From: Macrostomum hystrix
Lineage: Eukaryota > Animalia > Platyhelminthes
NCBI GenBank assembly: GCA_950097015.1
Contig: CATNEN010000033.1
Span: 1,674,001 to 1,738,000 of the forward strand
Direction of reading: 5' to 3'
Length of the DNA stretch: 64,000 nucleotides
The notes under the pieces are model-generated. The model was not told the origin of the DNA. It saw nothing but the letters and a program-made list of their open reading frames with translations, and made no database searches. Position numbers and translations under genes: made by a program. Shown in pieces: positions 52,587 to 64,000 of the stretch (within the stretch, counting starts at the first letter, position 1; each line of letters opens with the position of its first letter).

Positions 52587-55500
52587 ATGTCTTTCATAGC
52601 ATATAACGATTATCAGTCATGTGAGGCAGCACTAGACAAATTGAATGAAGAATTTCAAACACTGAAGGTAAGATATAATAGTTTTGCCTATAATTATGCT
52701 TGCTTATATTGAGAATCGTATAAAATCATATAGTAATTCATCATATTGTAAATTATAATCATATTAAATATATAATATTGTATTCACCTTACTGCTATAC
52801 CAGGGTTTCTAGTTTCTAGGAATCGCTTATGAAAACAGAATATGTCCAAAATGTAGATTCGAGGAAGAGAATGAAACTCATGTTGTCTTTAGATGTGATT
52901 GGTCCATTTATGTTCCCATTAGAAATAAATTCATAGAGAAAGTGGCAGGTTCGAAATTTCGAAATTTCAAAAGCCTAGCAGCGGATGACAAAATTGTGTA
53001 TTTAATGACACGGGAAAGCACAGAATTAACATAAATTTTGTGGACTTCTTAGAAAGCATACTAAAAGCTAGATAAAAAAGCCACTGCCATGAGGCCCACC
53101 ATAGTCCGGATCATGTCGTTTACGCCGGAGATCTCCGGCGTAAATCTGGTTTGGGATCGGAGGCTGGCGTAAGTGCTTGGCGTAAGTATAGGCCAAAATG
53201 TGCCTTGGCGTAAGTGCTTGGCGTAAGTACATGGCATAAATCAAGTGGCGTAAATATTAGCACAAATGAGATCATTCACGATCAAATGTATCACAATAGA
53301 ACATAACACATTTGCGTTAATTATGATGTTTGCGTTAATTAGGAGCAGCATTAAAACAAAGTTCATTAAAATATTGCAGTTCGTATAAATGAGATAGGAG
53401 AATATCTATTGTAGGATAGCAAAAGTTTTTTTAGCTTTAAGATGCTTACTTTGATACTTGATTCAGAATTTGCAACTTGTGAGATTTTTGATTTTTAAAC
53501 AGTTGCAACTTCTGAATTTAATTAATCACCGATTAACATGATTTGTGAAGGACCTTTTTTTGGGTGGCGTAAGTCAGAGGGACCTTTTTTTGGTTGGCGT
53601 AAGTCTGGCGTAAGTGCCAAAAAATGTTGGATTTTTCCTCCGGCGTAAGTCCAGCATGATCCGGACTATGGGAGGCCCATAGTTAGAATACTTGATTATA
53701 GTTTGAGCTATAGTTTGAGTCTCATATTTGATTGTAACTCACAAAAACACAATAGCTAGGCCTATTCTCCTTTCAGGAGTGAAGTGATTTCAGTCATAGT
53801 ATTAATTTTCTCTTTAAATTTCATTATTTAATTTTTTGTTTTAATGCCTTTGTTAACAAATTTCAATTATTTTATTCACCTTAAATTAAAGCAGAGCTTA
53901 TTCCCACGGTCCCGTGCTGATAATTTCAATTTTGTCCACACGGATCCGTGCCGATAATTTTCTGCTTATCCACATGGCAGCTTGTATGAATAGGTCTAAA
54001 ACTCTTTATATAAATATGCCATGTCGTTAATTTACATTTTATTCACACGGTTCTGTTCTTTGAAATGAGGCCCTTTCGGGTTTGAACGTTTTGTTGAACC
54101 CTCGAGTCAATAGATCGACTAAGTTGAAAGTTGCTAGTGTGTTATGACAGTTTTCTACATTTCGACCTACACATTTATTAACCGACATTAATGTCATCCT
54201 TTTTAATTATTGCAATAACAACTTACTAAATCTTTTGTCATCGTTACATGTTTTCATTTGAATTGTATTGACTTAAAAAGTAAGAAGTCTATCAAAGAAA
54301 ATCATACGAGTCAACCAGCAGAATTCTAGTTAGCACCAAACTCGTCACACATAGGCCCTATTATACATCATTATTATTATTTTACACTATGCATTGATAG
54401 TGTATACTATACACTATACTCTGAAGCAAAAGCCTTATGCTCAGAGAAGAATAGGTAGGGACTTGAAAGTAGACCTATTCATACAAGCTGCTGTGTGGAT
54501 AAGCAGAAAATTATCGGCACGGATCTGTGTGGATAAAATTGAAATCATCGGCATGGGACCATGGGAATAAGCACTTCCAAAAAGTAATCTTATGCATGCT
54601 ACTGTTTTTCTATTACCTTTTTTAAAAATCAAATTGTTCAGCCTTGTTACCAACATCAAATAAACAAAAATCAGCACCCAATTGGCTTGCGCAATTTAAT
54701 AATAATAATCATCAATAATAATAATAATAATAATTAATACTATACCAAGGTTTATAGGAACTAGTAGACCTCATTTAGCTAGGAATTATTAATAATTTAA
54801 TATTATTGGCATTAGTATAGTTCCATTTGTTAAATTATGTTGACTTTAGAAAATAAATCTATTTGAGCCTTATTCCAAATTATGCTGACTATATGCCAGA
54901 ATAAATTTGACATGCTTTATTATGCCAAATTTTAATGCTAAGTTATGCCAAGTGGAAAACTGGCATCAAAGCTTTACACCAAATTACTCCAATCAGAAAA
55001 GGATGCCCAGAATTTAGAAAAAGTGGCCAATGTGGTTAGCATCAAATGGTGTTTTAAACAGATGTTTTTAATTTTTAATTTCAAATGAAAAATAAACATA
55101 GTAAATCTACAATCCTTTATTTTTGTAATTATAAATATTTATGAACAGTAACAAAGAGCAAAAATGTAAACAAAAAAGTGAAATATGTATGCAAAGATAT
55201 GTTACTAAAAACAATTTTTGTTATTATAAATTATAAAAAATTAAATTCAATTAATTCAATTATAACAAGAAATTTCCAAACTTTGGCTATATTCAAGTAA
55301 CAAAGTGACTTAAAGCATGATAATAATTTGTAAAAAGAAACAAATAGTTGACAAGTAGTTGACACCACAATAAAGATCATATTTAGGCTGCACTAGAATT
55401 GTTTTCTTAAATTTACTTTTTGTACCTTTCTTCTTCTGTGTACCAAAGTCTAGCACTTTAGCTAGACTTGTAAGTACTAAAATTTGTGCTATATGTACAA

Positions 55501-58500
55501 TGTAGGGTGTGTTACTCATTACTACGAGTAGTTATCAATCTGGTAATGATAGATTCTTTATTGCAATGTTACTTTTTCACATTACCAAGGGCTGGTAACA
55601 AAAAAATTGTAGCAAGTCATTACCAACAGTGTGCATTTCCAGCTTTCATTACCAGTTTCTAAAAAAAGAGAAATTATCAGCACTGATAAGTGTAAATGTA
55701 ATAAAAAAGTAACAACCTCATTTTTTGTCTTTTTTTTGTTACCTAATTTTCCTGCTACCAAATGGTCAGTAACAATCATTACCACCATCACCATTATTAT
55801 ATTTTGGTAACGCCCCACTCACAAATAGCCCTTACTCACAGACAGACATGTTGCATGTCCAAGAAAGACGCATGACCACTGCTTTGACTGGCTCTGAGGA
55901 TAGAGGAGGTTGCCATGTTTCTTCCTTTGTAATTGGCCATTTTGGGGTCGGGTATTGACTCTTACAATCCAGGGCAGGGGTGGAACAAAGGATTGCTCTC
56001 AGGCTATAATTCTGCATAGTTTGCTTTGCCCCTAACAAAAATTGTGCCTATTTAAGCAAATTGACAATGTTTTACAAGCTCGTACTACATGCTTTACTAG
56101 CTTCTTTAGTCAGTAGCACATTATGTTTTAGTTAGTTATGCTCAAACTTGGACCCATTGCATAAATTCTTATGTCAAGCCAATAGACCTTCTTTAAACAT
56201 GTATGCACACAATCTTAAAATTCAATTGTGAAGAAAAGCAAGTCAATCATCATTTGTCATTTCTCAAACAACATTTTTTATCTTCCAATTGAAGAGGTTT
56301 GTTTTTTTGTTACTTCAATATAAAGAAGTAATTATTCTTTTCTGAAGTGTTAGCTTCATTTCAGTAATTTCTCTGAATGATTTTTAGTAGCAGTTTTAGT
56401 TGTCTACTAAAAGTAATGCCATGAGAACCCTAGAAATAAATGTTTCATTTTCACTTCAGATTTGAAATGAAATTACTTACCTGCCACCAAACCCCAATTT
56501 TGACCCTGCCCACTTTATGAATGGTTATGCTTAATGCCTAACATGATATATTATTATTATTATTATTATTAAAACGCGCACGCCATCTATGGGTGCTGAT
56601 TTTTTTATATATATATTTTTTAACAACACATTTAAATGAACAACGAAAAGCAACATAAAAAGCGAAGTTAAGTAGGAATCAAATATCGAGCTGGGAAGGG
56701 AAAGCAAAGGTATTAAAAATAAGAGCAGTAAAAACACAAGGGACGCCAGGGATAAAACAAATTATGAAATATCTATTGTTGAATGCTAGTAAAATCTCGT
56801 AGTCTCAGGGCAGCTGTTCCCTTATTTTAGATATTTCTATGATGTATTTTGCTAAAGCTTCAGTGGTTTCCCTATCGTCTTGAGCCATTATGTAGTTTGA
56901 TTTTTCTTCTGCTGTTAAGGATATGAAATTGGGGGTTTTCCCAGAAACTTCCGTCTCAAATTTCGAACGTACTGCGCTATACTTATTCCAAGTGCACTTA
57001 AAAAGGAAGTGGACCTCGTTTTCAACTTCTGTTTTGCACTTACTACATAATCTATTTGCATACGGAATTTTCGGTCTCGCAGTTCGCAATGTTTCGCAAG
57101 CTAGCTTATGGTTTCCTAGTCTAAACGAGGATATGGTACGTCTCAACTCCGGGTTGTATATTTGCTGTAAATATTTTTCGGCTGAATAATATTGCTTGAA
57201 GGAGTAATAGAAGTGACTTAGCTTGCTTGAGTTCTGTGTCCTTTGTCTCCAATGGGTATCGAACTGAGAAACGAAATTTTTCCTGTGGTTTCCAATTGCT
57301 TTTGCAGGACTAATGCCTCTGCAGTTCAGCATAACGTCATTGTTGGTCTTTGCTTTGATTCCAACATCACTGTATGTTTGGTCCGCCAATAACTTGGAAA
57401 TTATGGAGTCCGGCCGGCTTGTTATGGAGGCCCAGTACGAAATGCTTCTTTTCTGGATGTTGTATAATAAAGGCAATCTGCCTAACTCCGAGCGGGCCCC
57501 GTTGCCATCCGTATTTTGGCTGACTTGTAGTATGGCTTTACAGCACCTGATGTTTACTCTTTCCACAAGACAGCGGTCCCAAGGACCCAGGTTCCACGAG
57601 ACAAAAGCCCCCCAGGCCTCAGAGGCGTACAGAGCTATGCTTTCTATCATTGCTGTGCAGTACAGCATGAGCTGATTGTATCTGACCGCCCCATGGCTGG
57701 CTAATTTCCTTAAGAGAAGAATAGGATATCCACATTTTTTGTTAATCTCTGTGGCATGGGAATCCACGGTTCCTTTAGCATTGATGTGAAAGCCAAGATA
57801 TTTCCATTCTTTGACGCTATCTAACAGTTGTCCCTGCAGAAATAGTTTGTTAGCCGTCTTTGATGGGTCAGGGCAACAGCTAATAACCTTAGTTTTTTGC
57901 ATATTGATTTCTAGCTTGTGGCTCTGACAAAATTCTGACACTTTATCGAGGCCCTTCTGCAACTCTCGAGGATTCTCTCCAAAGATCACTAAATCATCGC
58001 AGTATAGCAAGTTGTTGATTTGTTCATCTTTAATGAAGGTGTCGCTGCGAAATGAATCCCTTAGCATTGTGCTCAAAGGATCTATATAGAGTGAGAAGAG
58101 TAGAGGGGATAGGGGACAGCCTTGTCTTACTCCATTTGTTATGCTCCTTGCCTTAGTTGCTTGGCCATCTGAGATCTTCAGTTGGAATTTAGCTCCTGAG
58201 TACATGCTTTGTATTGCTTCGATTATTTCTGGGCTGACCTTTAACTCCCTAAGTCGTTGGAAAAGTGTTGGATGGTGGACCATGTCAAATGCGCTTTTTA
58301 AGTCAAAGAACACTAAGTGAAATGGCCTTTTGCGACGCTTTTTGTTGTGGATCAACGTCAAGAGAGTGGCAATGTGGTCTGAAGTTCGGTAGCCCTTTCT
58401 ATTTCCTATTTGACTGGCTGAAAGCAAGTCGAGGGTGCGAATATGAGTTTCTAGCTTTTCATAGATAAGTGAGGCAAACAGGCGAGCCAGGGCAGGCAGC

Positions 58501-61500
58501 ACGCTTATGGGTCTGTAGTTTTTGGGGTCACTACGGGATCCCTTTTTATAAATCGGTGTGATTAGGGCATTTGACCACTGTGCAGGAGTCTGGCCGAGTC
58601 TTACGCTTGCGTTAAATAGCTTCAGAAGTACGGGTTTTAGCTTCTCTTGTCCGTAGATAATGTGCTCATTTGTTATACCATCTATTCCTGCAGCCTTTCT
58701 TCTCTTTAGCTTTTTAACTGCTCTATCGAGATCTACGCAGCTAATTAAATCTTCGGGACTAACTGCTTCATCTGTGCGATGCGGCTGGGTTCCCGAAGAA
58801 GGATGTGCGTTAAACACTTTGGTTAGGTTGTCCGCGATGTCAGCGATTGGGGCTTGAGATCTGTTAAGTCTCCTGCTGGGGAACAGCAACTCTTCTGCTC
58901 TTCTAAGACCGGACCAGAATCCCTTTGAGGTTCCGTTAGCCGCCATTTTCTGAATGCAGTCATTTATGTCCATCTGCTTAAGTTTCTTGAGCTGTTGTTT
59001 GTATTTTTTCGCTAGCCCATTATATTCTGATGCCAGCGCGCTGTCAGTTGGTCTACGTCTTTTTTTCCTGGCCACGTACTTTAATGATTTGCTCAAGTTT
59101 CTTAGTGTCTCGTCTCGATTTGTCCAGAACTTGTTCGGAATGATTGTCTTTGCGCAGCTTTCTGCCACTGAGTCTCTAAGCAGGTTGGTCAAGCTCGAGA
59201 ACAAATTTTCCAGGGATTTTCCATCGTGTGCGTCGATAGATTGCAACTTTCTAATTATTTCTTCGCTTTGTTTGTTATTCAATGCCTCAATGTAACTTCC
59301 CTGCGTTTCAGTGTCCCATCTTGGAGGCATTGGGAAGGATTCATGTTTTTCCTGGTTTGCGTGTTCGGGTTGGACATAACAAAAAAAGACAGCTGATATA
59401 TACATATATACATATAAATAATCTATATATATATACTATACTAGTTTGTGATTCTCTGCATTAGTAATTTTTATGAAGCATTTAAATTTAGACAGGAAAT
59501 GACCAAAATAGCTATGGACATGCTTTACAATACCATATTGTATGACTGTGTTAATTAATAAGATTTTTGGTGTTCTGAATTAATGCTTTAAATATATAAT
59601 GATTCTAGCTAGCTATCCAGTATAGCTAATATCTTTATAGCTATATTTCTAGATATATGTACCTATTTGTAAAATGGGTAATAGCTATAATATGTATGTG
59701 GAAAGGTTATGTAATATTTAACAGATGCATGCCAATTTTTTATTTTTGTTGATTAAGAAGCAACATTTGGCTTAATTTTTAAGCACAGCAGGGTAGCTAA
59801 TCAAAATTTTTAAGTATTAGATAGTGAACTATACCAACTCTAGACTCATAATATTCTAACAGCAGGAATCGATATTAAAATCAAGTACTGAATGGATGGA
59901 ACAAAAACATTTCAATAAGTGTATACTAAAAATGTGTGATGATGCACACCAAAAATGATAGGGACATATAGTTTCAGCAGACCTATAGGGGTACATATCT
60001 GATCCTCCCTGCATGCCATAGCTATGGTCCTGACTGACTGAGGAGCCAATAGTATTGTGTTCAGAGCCTTCAGAAACCATTGCCTTAAATTTATAGACAC
60101 AAACAAACGTCTATTTAACTATTGCCAAATTGTAGAAAGACCATGAACTCTACACAGAGAAGGTGGATGAGATGAAGAAGATGCAGACAAAATGTCTAGA
60201 TGGCATCAAGCATCAGCGCTACAGAGCCAAGCAGATTCTCAAGTCTTTGACATCGTGAGTCAACTTTGAAATTGTTACTGCTTTACTGAAGGCGAGAGGG
60301 ACATTGTTAAACCTATTAAAAACACTTTGCAGGCTTGACCGCGTTGCTCAAGGTGAAGAGAAGGAGAAGGTTGAGAAGCTGATGAAGCGCCTGGCCCAGA
60401 GGAAGGCCCTGTTCGCAGATCTGGAGGACACACTGCCGCACAAGAATGGCCTCTACTTAAATATTGTTCTGGGCCAGGTCAATGTTTCCCTGCTCAGCAA
60501 AGTTGACAAGTGAGGGTGGTAGAGCATGCTGCTGTGCTATTAAGGATGTTTAGACTGAATTTTAACGACAGGCCTGAGTCTACGTGCCTTGCATTATGAG
60601 TGGTCATTTTGAGCACAATTATAACTCGATTTGCAGATTTGCGTACAAGCAGGACTATGAGGCGTTTAAGCTAATCCTGACGCTGATTATACTGGTGGTT
60701 GCCATCTTTCTATACCTGTTCCTTGAGCACCGAGTGTTTGACGCCGCCTTCCAGTTCCTGCTGGTGTGGTACTACTGCACTCTCACCATACGGGAGAGCA
60801 TTCTCATTGTGAACGGCTCCCGCATCAAGGGCTGGTGGGTGGCCCACCATTTTGTTAGCGTTGTGAGCGCCGGCATTGTTCTAACTTGGCCTCGCGATGT
60901 CAGCTATTACCGGTTCAGAAATCAGTTCAATTTGTTTTGCGTCTATGTTGGCCTAGTGCAGGTGCTGCAGTACTATTATCAGCGCGGCTGCCTGTACAAG
61001 CTGCGGGCTCTGGGGGAGAGGCACTCCATGGACATCACCGTCGGTGAGGCTTCTGCGCATTATGACGAGACGCTGAGAGAAGGGTGACGGCTGGTCACGA
61101 CGAGATGGGGTGACTGCTGGTCATGACGAGATGGGGTGACTGCTAGTCATGACGAGATGGGGTGACTGCTAGTCATGACGAGATGGGGTGACTGCTGGTC
61201 ATGACGAGATGGGGTGACTGCTGGGCATGACGAGATGGGGTGACTGCTGGTCATGACGAGATGGGGTGACTGCTGGTCATGACGAGATGGGGTGACTGCT
61301 GGGCATGACGAGATGGGGTGACTGCTGGTCATGACGAGATGGGGTGACTGCTGGTCACGACGAGATGGGGTGACTGCTGGTCATGACGAGATGGGGTGAC
61401 TGCTGGTGTCATGACGAGATGGGGTGACTGCTGGTCATGACGAGATGGGGTGACTGCTGGTCATGACGAGATGGGGTGACTGCTGGTGTCATGACGAGAT

Positions 61501-62065
61501 GGGGTGACTGCTGGTCATGACGAGATGGGGTGACTGCTGGTCATGACGAGATGGGGTGACTGCTGGTCATGACGAGATGGGGTGACGACTGGTCATGACG
61601 AGATGGGGTGACTGCTGGTCATGACGAGATGGGGTGACTGCTGGTCATGACGAGATGGAGTGACGACTGGTCATGAGGAGATGGGGTGACGGCTGGTCAT
61701 GACGAGATGGGGTGACGACTGGTCATGAAGAGATGGGGTGACGGCTGGTCATGAGGAGATGGGGAGACTGCTCGTGTTGACGAGATGAGGTGACGGTTTG
61801 TGATGAGGAGACTCAGCAGCAATACTGCCACCCTCAGACGGCTTCATGTCGTGGATGTGGCGCCGCCTGGGCTTCGTGCTGCCCTTCCTGTTTCTCGGCT
61901 ACGCCTTCCAGCTCTACAATTCGTTTGTGCTGTTTAAACTCTTCTACGAGCCTGATTGCCAAGAGTGGCAGGTAATTGAGTTGCCTCAGACAGGTTGACA
62001 GACACACAGACAGAGAGACTGTCAGACAGACAGACAGACAGAGAGACAGACAGACACAGACAGAC

Positions 62066-62110
<45 letters not shown>

Positions 62111-62127
62111 CAGACAGACAGAAAGAA

Positions 62128-62165
<38 letters not shown>

Positions 62166-62478
62166 GCAGCTAGAAAGACAGGCTGAGGGTTGACGGACAG
62201 ACAGCAAAGTATTTCCTCCACCACAGGTGATCGCCCTATCCGGCCTATTCCTGCTGCTGTTCCTGGGCAACACAACCACCACCCTGGGCGTGGTGAAGCA
62301 GAAGATGAAGGCCGAGGGCTACTCGCTGCGGGCTAAGCTGAAGCGCAAGTACAGGTTCAGCGTCATGTCCGCCTACGGCCGGAGCAGCTCCTCCCCAGCC
62401 GAAGCCTCTCCGGCTTCTGGCGCCGCCTCCGACACGGACAAGCGGGCCTCGTCTGACGAGCATGACAAGACCAACTGA
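52587..62478 (+). CDS. TMEM120: Transmembrane protein 120 family (TACAN-like)
   Basis: Exons 52587-52667, 60136-60254, 60333-60509, 60637-61043, 61838-61971 and 62227-62478; phases consistent. [69 protein letters not shown]. Confidence 0.95.
53099..53671. mobile_element. Non-autonomous DNA transposon (MITE) with 8-bp TSD
   Basis: Perfect 17-bp TIR CCATAGTCCGGATCATG; TSD GAGGCCCA at 53091-53098 and 53672-53679; subterminal GGCGTAA repeats. Confidence 0.88.
53896..54572. mobile_element. Foldback element with ~103-bp TIRs
   Basis: 53896-53998 is the near-exact reverse complement of 54470-54572; AT-rich interior; no TSD found. Confidence 0.75.
56551..59393 (-). mobile_element. 5'-truncated non-LTR retrotransposon (RTE-X-like), antisense in TMEM120 intron 1
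   Basis: Open frame 56805-59405 with RT ([45 protein letters not shown]) and C-terminal [12 protein letters not shown]...EVHFLFKC; no endonuclease domain; (TAA)n tail; candidate TSD TGATATA (56544-56550, 59394-59400). Confidence 0.9.
61085..61795. repeat. 26-bp minisatellite, ~27 copies, TMEM120 intron 4
   Basis: Unit GAGATGGGGTGACTGCTGGTCATGAC. Confidence 0.95.
61995..62165. repeat. (CAGA)n microsatellite, TMEM120 intron 5
   Basis: CAGA/CACA/GAGA runs. Confidence 0.93.
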
Positions 62479-63282
62479 TGGGGGGTGTGCGACAACTAAC
62501 TGTGACATCCGTGACACTGTGACTTGCGAAACCGATGCTAAAAATGCATTCCAATCGGTATTAGGTTGGGGCGCGTGTTGGTAGAAGGCGTGCATAACAC
62601 GTGGAATTTGGGCATAACAGGTGGAAAGTGGTCATAACAGGTAAGTGGTTAGTAGAAGGCGGGAAAACTTTTTAATTCTCTAGGACCAAGAATTGCCAGT
62701 AAATATTTGCTTATTTATCGTAGTTGTTGATATTCGCTTTAATAATTTCATTTGCGATACCGCTATAAGTCGGTTGTTTCAGACTTAGCGCCGAGTCTAA
62801 CTGTTCTATACGTGCTTTATAATGTACTGGACAGGTTCGGACCTGTCAGTCACCCAAATTTCAAAAAAAAATTGCCATCTATCTTTTTTTCAATAAAATC
62901 TTTAGGTGATTTGATTTAATCCATCTAATATTTGTGCTGCTTGAACATTTGTTACTTGTTAGTAGTCACTTTTAGAACAACAGCGCTGGATTTTTGCTAG
63001 ACTGACTCGTGAATTCTACTAGCCACATTATGCAAGCTCCATTTTGCAGGTACCTGTACCTTTGCGCCTTGATTGATTTTCTTCAATTGACTCCGATTAT
63101 GCACTGTAGCACGCAACGCACATTTTTATCCAACGCATAATACACAGACATCCATTTTCAAAACCGTAGCCTAGAGAAAAATATGACGAAATTTAGAATT
63201 TTCTGCAACTTTTCGAATATTTTTCATGCTTTTAGAATTTCAGCGTGAGTTATTTAACATTTTTACAAAGGGCGGCTATCAG

Positions 63283-64000
63283 ATCAGAGGATCTGTGAGG
63301 GCTGTCTAATCTGAGGATCTGTGAGGGCTGTCTGATCTGAGGATCTGGGAGGGCTGTCTGATCTGAGGATCTGGGAGGGCTGTCTGATCTGAGGATCTGG
63401 GAGGGCTGTCTGATCTGAGGATCTGGGAGGGCTGTCTAATCTGAGGATCTGGGAGGGCTGTCTGATCTGAGGATCTGTGAGGGCTGTCTTATCTGAGGAT
63501 CTGGGAGGGCTGTCTAATCTGAGGATCTGGGAGGGCTGTCTGATCTGAGGATCTGGGAGGGCTGTCTGATCTGAGGATCTGGGAGGGCTGTCTAATCTGA
63601 GGATCTGGGAGGGCTGTCTGATCTGAGGATCTGTGAGGGCTGTCTTATCTGAGGATCTGGGAGGGCTGTCTAATCTGAGGATCTGGGAGGGCTGTCTGAT
63701 CTGAGGATCTGGGAGGGCTGTCTAATCTGAGGATCTGGGAGGGCTGTCTGATCTGAGGATCTGGGAGGGCTGTCTAATCTGAGGATCTGGGAGGGCTGTC
63801 TGATCTGAGGATCTGGGAGGGCTGTCTGATCTGAGGATCTGTGAGGGCTGTCTTATCTGAGGATCTGGGAGGGCTGTCTAATCTGAGGATCTGGGAGGGC
63901 TGTCTGATCTGAGGATCTGGGAGGGCTGTCTGATCTGAGGATCTGGGAGGGCTGTCTAATCTGAGGATCTGGGAGGGCTGTCTGATCTGAGGATCTGTGA
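63283..64000. repeat. 26-bp minisatellite, >=27 copies (runs off window)
   Basis: Unit ATCTGAGGATCTGGGAGGGCTGTCTG. Confidence 0.95.

Noticed and set aside
56923-59464. Several + strand ORFs inside the LINE, and antisense ORFs over AHCY, EFHC1, PTP and E2F exons
   Set aside because: Shadow ORFs of GC-rich or long coding frames, with no independent motifs

Overview
Eukaryotic, intron-rich genomic DNA. The GC-rich, poly-Ala/poly-Gln coding style and dense minisatellites resemble the flatworm Macrostomum lignano; this is an inference, not a database result. I reconstructed spliced models by hand from GT-AG sites and phase matching. Four are well-conserved housekeeping or ciliary genes: SLC66A2/PQLC1, AHCY, EFHC1 and TMEM120. 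Three are strongly diverged regulators that have each lost a signature functional residue: a putatively myristoylated PTP lacking the WPD general acid, an IAP-like BIR-UBA-RING gene lacking the BIR His ligand, and a two-DBD E2F7/8-like gene with both RRxYD motifs degenerate. There are also a LamG/ConA-fold candidate and two orphan ORFs. About a third of the window (~20 kb, my rough sum) is ~24 unrelated tandem arrays, many filling introns up to the splice site. Mobile DNA includes a 5'-truncated RTE-X-like LINE with an open RT frame, two MITEs with exact TSDs (9 bp and 8 bp), a long-TIR foldback element, a tRNA/CORE-like SINE family and a Penelope-type minimal hammerhead ribozyme motif. There is no CRISPR array, rRNA gene or convincing tRNA gene.
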